Positions 59,293 through 64,000 of a stretch of 64,000 bases of DNA are shown piece by piece. The notes under the pieces are model-generated. The model worked only from the letters and a program-made list of their open reading frames with translations. It did not search any database and was not told the DNA's origin. The stretch covers positions 424,344-488,343 of the forward strand of contig CAJINV010000013.1 of NCBI GenBank assembly GCA_905178155.1, read 5' to 3'. The number at the start of each line of letters is the position of its first letter. The stretch's first letter is position 1. Origin of the DNA: Amoebophrya sp. A120. Taxonomy: Eukaryota > Protista > Dinoflagellata. The translations under genes were made by a program, and so were the position numbers.

Positions 59293-60602
59293 GGGGTTCG
59301 CGTAGTGTTTCCAACAGTGACATATTTAGTTTTAGCATATCGAAGCTGCGCGACAAACGACATGAAGCATGAGCTTCAGCCTAAGCCTAATTGTGTACGT
59401 GTGCGTGTTTATCCGAATAGCTACCAAAATTTATATTCTATTGCCAATGCGAATGCTACTCAACACCAGTGAGCATAGTTTTTTAAGAAAGGTCCTGGCG
59501 AACGACAGGAATCCCTGTGTTTTTTCATTTTCGTCTGCTTGTAGAAGCTCAAGTTTGATATCCGCATTGTCGTGTGTATTGGTTCGTTGTAGTGCTACTG
59601 CTGTCTTAGTCTCCTCTGTAAAGTTTTCCTCGTGGTTCATTTCTACAAAGAAATTTTCGCACAACGCTGCAATGAAAATGATAATTCTGTATGAATGAAG
59701 AGTGTGAGTTCTGTCAGTAAGTATTCAATGCGCGGCTTCCTCTTCCTCGTCATTCACCGCTCCTGTTGCAAGATAGATTCTGCGCATCAAGTTTGATTTG
59801 AGCAAGGCTTACATCACATCAGCCGCTTCTATTGTGTGCTTACCACGCGAGCATAGCGATGTCGTCACTTTTCGAGCAACCAATAGCACTGCTTTGTCGG
59901 TTTGTGGAGCTGCTGTTTTCGTCATCAGCAAAAAACCACTATAATCGGTTTATACAAAAAGAAAAACAAAAACAAAAAAGTATTTTTCCTTGTTGATGTT
60001 CGTGTCGTAAAGTGAATCACATTGGTCTCGTCTTTCGGTGCAGTCCTTTCTTCTGTAAAATTATTTCTCTTTGCTCTTAGTGTCGGTGCTGGTATCTTGA
60101 TTTTTGCCCAATCTTCTCACTCGGTGGACTTGCCAATTCGTGCAGTTGGTAACCTTTTTGATTATCAAAACTCGCTTTCCACTTCGTCTATCGCGAACAA
60201 AACCCGTCGCTGCACTTGGCACATCGGTGAATTTTGGCACACCTTCGCTTACTGGTAAGCCATTCCGTATGAAGCTGAGGATAGATTCTTGTTACCTCTG
60301 ACTCCTCCATCACAGTGGTGCGTTGGTAGCGTATTAGGTATTTCCCCGTATATCTTTTTTCCCTTTACATCTGCACGCTACCGTGCGCGTTCGTCTGGTT
60401 CTTAAACTTGATATTCCGTAGTGCCACAACGTCTTCACTCGTTTTGTTACTTCCCCAACACGGCTCTGCTAAGTCCTTACTCATCGATGTTGCTTCCCCG
60501 CTCCTCGTTCTCCCGTGTGGTGGCTTCCTTGTGCATCACACAGCACCTATTTGCGTCACATTAAGGAATATCACAGCATTTTTGAGTTACCAGAAGAACA
60601 AC

Positions 60603-63600
60603 ATGAGATATCCACTACATCACCGGCGCCACCTGCCCTGCGGTAGTCATGCCTCCACAGCGGCTTTCGCAGCATTTCTTTCCCTAGGACCATTTTTCGG
60701 GCCACAGCACTGCCACGCGCTGATTGAGCTACTGTTCGGAGTGACGGTCGATTGGGATGAGGTTTTCCAGTTTGACACTTCAAAGGAGGCGAGGAGGCAC
60801 AAATTTCTCGCGCGCCGCGACGAGGAGGTGGAGGGGCGGAGGAAGAACCGTGGGGACGGTGAACGAGCAATCGACTCCCAGGGAGAACAAATAACACTGC
60901 CCGAAGTCCTTCCTCTAAACTCCTCCCCCCGCACGAGGGCTGATGCTACTTCTACTGATGCGGAAGTTGCAACTAGAGACCAGGATCATGATCTTCAACA
61001 GGAGCAGACACAAAGCGACGGAGTTGGCAAAGACAAACAAAGCAACAACATCCATAACCTTGATCCACAAAGGGGGCCAGCGGATGAAAAGCCAAGTATT
61101 CAAACCTCCCCCGCATCACAAGTGGTGCGTCGAGAAGCAGAAGGGATCGCAAAGGGAAAGGACGAAACGCCTGTTCGTCTCAAAGAAGATAGTTCAAACA
61201 CTAATTCGGCTGCGGTGGAGCCTCCTACTGTTTCATCTCCTAGTGCCAACACAGCTTCCAACACGACAAGTCAGCATGTTCAGACACAGCGACTCCGAAA
61301 CACAAGGAAAATTGAATCTGCAGAACAAGAGCCGATTGAAAATGCCGCAAGTGCATTGGAGGTTCAGGAGAACAAACAGCAGACGATGAAAGTTAAAGTT
61401 TCCTCCGCGTCCTCGCGCTCCTCTTCGGCCCCTCCGAAAATTCGCTCCAGTACTAGCGTGACTCGTGGCGGATCAGGAATCTGGACCGGGTTGGAGCGCG
61501 CGGGAACGGGTTTGGGTGGCTACGCGAGGCAGCTTAGTGAGCAGCTCCAACCGCATCTGGAAACCGCTGGAAGCGTGTTGGCGCAGCAAGCCACGCACGC
61601 CATAAGTGCGGCCAGTTCCGGACTCGCTTCGTTGTGGGGAGTTTTGCAGACATCCCTGGATCCGTCGCTGTTCGAAGGTCTACGAAGTAGTGGCTTTGTG
61701 AGCGCGGTGGCAGCCGGATTCGCCCGGCTTACTGCGATCGGGCCGTCAACGATACTCCGGGCCTTCCAAAAGTACCAGGACCTGCAGTGCACGCAGTGGC
61801 TTCCTATGGCGATTGCGGCGGCTGAGAATGCCAACGCGGACCAGGACCACGGAAATGTCTATGGCCATGCAGCACCAGAAATTCATAGTCCAAGTCCAAT
61901 GATCATGCCGCTTACCCGTACCCGAGTCGACGACATTTTTCGCGGTTTGGCGTACGCTGCTGCCGTGTACGGCACTTCGTCCTTTGGTGGACTGACAATG
62001 CAGGAGGTTTTTCAAGCGATCGCCAACTTCGATCCCAGCGAGACCAGCCTGAGGAGTAGCGGGACAGGAACTTTTCCTCTGAGCCTCGAGGAAGTGTTTC
62101 ATTTTGAAGATCCTGACGGCGGCTCCGGAAAGAGTATCAGCGTCCTTGCAAACACCGGGACCGGACTCGAGATTACCCCTGTGGTGGCTGTTTTTGCGGA
62201 CCACACGAACGACGCCGTCGTGGTAGCGCTTCGGGGTACGAGCTCCGCACGGGACGCGCTCGCGGATCTCAACTATGCGTCCAAACCCATACACAAAGAC
62301 GCTTTCACGCTGGCGGACCCGTTGAAATGGGAAGAAGACCGCCCCAGTGGGCTTGGCAAAGGAGCACGGGACCCGCCAAACGAGCACCTTATCTACGTCC
62401 ACAAAGGCATGCTGCAACGCGCAAAACATGTCAGCGACCGCGTGCTCGAGTCTGTGCAACTGTATCTAAAAAAGAATGAAAAATTCAAGAAGGTGATCCT
62501 CGCGGGGCATTCCCTCGGCGCCGGAACAGCGCAGTTTTTGTTTAAAATGTGGGACGACAGGAAGGTTTTTGACCATGACGTGCAGTTGCTGGGCTACGGT
62601 TACGCTACTCCTGGCTCGGCCAGCGCGGCACTGAAGCTACCCTTCGACCGATTTGTGACCGTGGTTGCGGGCGATGACATCGTCCCGCGCGTGAACACGC
62701 CGGAAAGGATCACCCAGGTGATTGATGACAGTGTAACTACAATCGCGAATCACGAAGTAGACCTCGATGGCAAGGTGCTGTGGCAAGAGATTCAGGCGGC
62801 CCAGAGTGCCAGCTTGCAACCCCACAACTGGGTGATCCGGGGGGGCGGGGATGTCGTGTTGTTCCTCCCCGACGACGACAACGCCAAGCGGCTCTGCGCG
62901 CCCAGTTCAAAACGTCACGCCGGGTTCTGGCTGCAGGCCGAGGTCGGGTTCAAAGATATCATCTTTTCAAACAGGGCACTCGAGTCCCACGGGGTTGATA
63001 ATTACAAGAAAAAGCTGGAGCGGTTGCGGTCCCAGTTTACGGGGCAGCGGCAGCCGCAACAGCAACGCCCTGCAATGCCCTATCATGATGTTGGTACCGC
63101 AGCACATCCCGACGGACCATCTGGAGCAACTGGTTCTTTGTCGACTTCGGCTCCTTCTGTGCCTGGTCTGTCCGTTTCCGACGCAGATCCCCATGCGCAC
63201 AAGGATTCTACTGGAGTACGCCACTCCGCACCGCCGAGCACGCTGTTTGATGAGCGTCCACCTCCCTCACGGAATGAAGTGGCGGGCTCGATGCCGCCTG
63301 CCGATCGTCCCGCAGCGCAATACGAATCATCTTCGTCACCCTTGTCGCTGCCAGCACGAAACACCCATCGACCTTCCTATCATGGGCAGCAGCTATCCGA
63401 ACCAGTTGCAAGTCAGCCTCGCCTGCACGGCGACGACCCTCCTCGTCGACCATTGCGTGATATCACGAACAACCCGCCTGCAGCCAGTGGACCGGGACGT
63501 CCTGAAGATCTTTCCGGGTGGCCGTCTGCTCTTCATCCTGCTCCCGACGCTACGGGCAAGAATCCGGCTCTCATTGGAGAAGATTATCGAGCACATCCGA

Positions 63601-64000
63601 TGTTGGCGTCATCTGCAAGCACAACTGATGCACTAAACGACGCGACTCGTCGTCCTGCTCCAGTGGCTCCTGCAGCTTCCACGGATAGCCCAAAGTATCC
63701 AAATTTCTCGTCGGTACCGCGTCGGAGTTTAGAACCTTCTCGTGCTCCCGGGCTGGTCAATACCCGACGACGGCAGGCGCATCTTACTCATCCCGTTCCT
63801 CCGGCGCCCAAAAGGCCCCCGCATGCGCCCGCAGGACAACAAGGACCGCTAGTAGTACCACGGCGGCCAGGCAGCAAGTTGGCACCCCGGGGGGAAGGGG
63901 GAGGCAGAGCGCTGCAGCAAAGGTTGGGCGCAAGCGCTGCTGGCCGAGATCCCGTTACGCTTTCTAGTGCGGACTCCGCTTTGCGTGGCCAGCATCATGA
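60603..64000 (+). CDS. Class-3 lipase (alpha/beta hydrolase), possible signal peptide, 3'-partial
   Basis: Missing from the ORF track, apparently because it runs off the window. Reading from ATG 60603 gives VVALRGTSS, VHKGML, LAGHSLGAG (62496-62522), DDIVPRV and ESHGVDNY, a complete Ser-Asp-His triad. Confidence 0.88.
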   Translation, partial: MRYPLHHRRHLPCGSHASTAAFAAFLSLGPFFGPQHCHALIELLFGVTVDWDEVFQFDTSKEARRHKFLARRDEEVEGRRKNRGDGERAIDSQGEQITLPEVLPLNSSPRTRADATSTDAEVATRDQDHDLQQEQTQSDGVGKDKQSNNIHNLDPQRGPADEKPSIQTSPASQVVRREAEGIAKGKDETPVRLKEDSSNTNSAAVEPPTVSSPSANTASNTTSQHVQTQRLRNTRKIESAEQEPIENAASALEVQENKQQTMKVKVSSASSRSSSAPPKIRSSTSVTRGGSGIWTGLERAGTGLGGYARQLSEQLQPHLETAGSVLAQQATHAISAASSGLASLWGVLQTSLDPSLFEGLRSSGFVSAVAAGFARLTAIGPSTILRAFQKYQDLQCTQWLPMAIAAAENANADQDHGNVYGHAAPEIHSPSPMIMPLTRTRVDDIFRGLAYAAAVYGTSSFGGLTMQEVFQAIANFDPSETSLRSSGTGTFPLSLEEVFHFEDPDGGSGKSISVLANTGTGLEITPVVAVFADHTNDAVVVALRGTSSARDALADLNYASKPIHKDAFTLADPLKWEEDRPSGLGKGARDPPNEHLIYVHKGMLQRAKHVSDRVLESVQLYLKKNEKFKKVILAGHSLGAGTAQFLFKMWDDRKVFDHDVQLLGYGYATPGSASAALKLPFDRFVTVVAGDDIVPRVNTPERITQVIDDSVTTIANHEVDLDGKVLWQEIQAAQSASLQPHNWVIRGGGDVVLFLPDDDNAKRLCAPSSKRHAGFWLQAEVGFKDIIFSNRALESHGVDNYKKKLERLRSQFTGQRQPQQQRPAMPYHDVGTAAHPDGPSGATGSLSTSAPSVPGLSVSDADPHAHKDSTGVRHSAPPSTLFDERPPPSRNEVAGSMPPADRPAAQYESSSSPLSLPARNTHRPSYHGQQLSEPVASQPRLHGDDPPRRPLRDITNNPPAASGPGRPEDLSGWPSALHPAPDATGKNPALIGEDYRAHPMLASSASTTDALNDATRRPAPVAPAASTDSPKYPNFSSVPRRSLEPSRAPGLVNTRRRQAHLTHPVPPAPKRPPHAPAGQQGPLVVPRRPGSKLAPRGEGGGRALQQRLGASAAGRDPVTLSSADSALRGQHH

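Noticed and set aside
61746-63636. ORF-track calls 61746- and 62851+
   Set aside because: They are alternative frames over the lipase CDS, which is the frame carrying GHSLG and the catalytic triad.

Overview
Eukaryotic, intron-containing genomic DNA with every intact gene on the + strand. The combination of co-oriented genes, dinoflagellate-type protein families and transposon-like non-canonical introns suggests a parasitic dinoflagellate such as Amoebophrya (Syndiniales); this assignment is inference. Genes in order: (1) an SF2 DEAH helicase with helicase-associated repeats, 5' end outside the window; (2) a large RS/RD-rich protein with repeated 'RNPSA'-type modules; (3) an acyltransferase-3; (4) two hypothetical membrane/secreted proteins; (5) a tandem array of four PPP-type metallophosphatase paralogs (two catalytically intact, one pseudo-enzyme, one truncated); (6) a DUF4209/ERMARD-like protein; (7) trehalose-6-phosphate synthase with a degenerate phosphatase domain; (8) a membrane protein; (9) an ATP-grasp-like protein; (10) a class-3 lipase running off the window end. 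The most striking structure is a set of about 13 short TIR elements, mostly with TAT...ATA termini and a 5-nt direct repeat or spacer. They sit inside coding sequence, and removing them restores the reading frame, mostly without GT-AG ends. Ordinary GT-AG introns coexist with them. The helicase also carries a 1.2-kb antisense genomic fragment of another gene, with four of these elements still in it. That insert is flanked by a 48-bp duplication and has a templated inverted junction.
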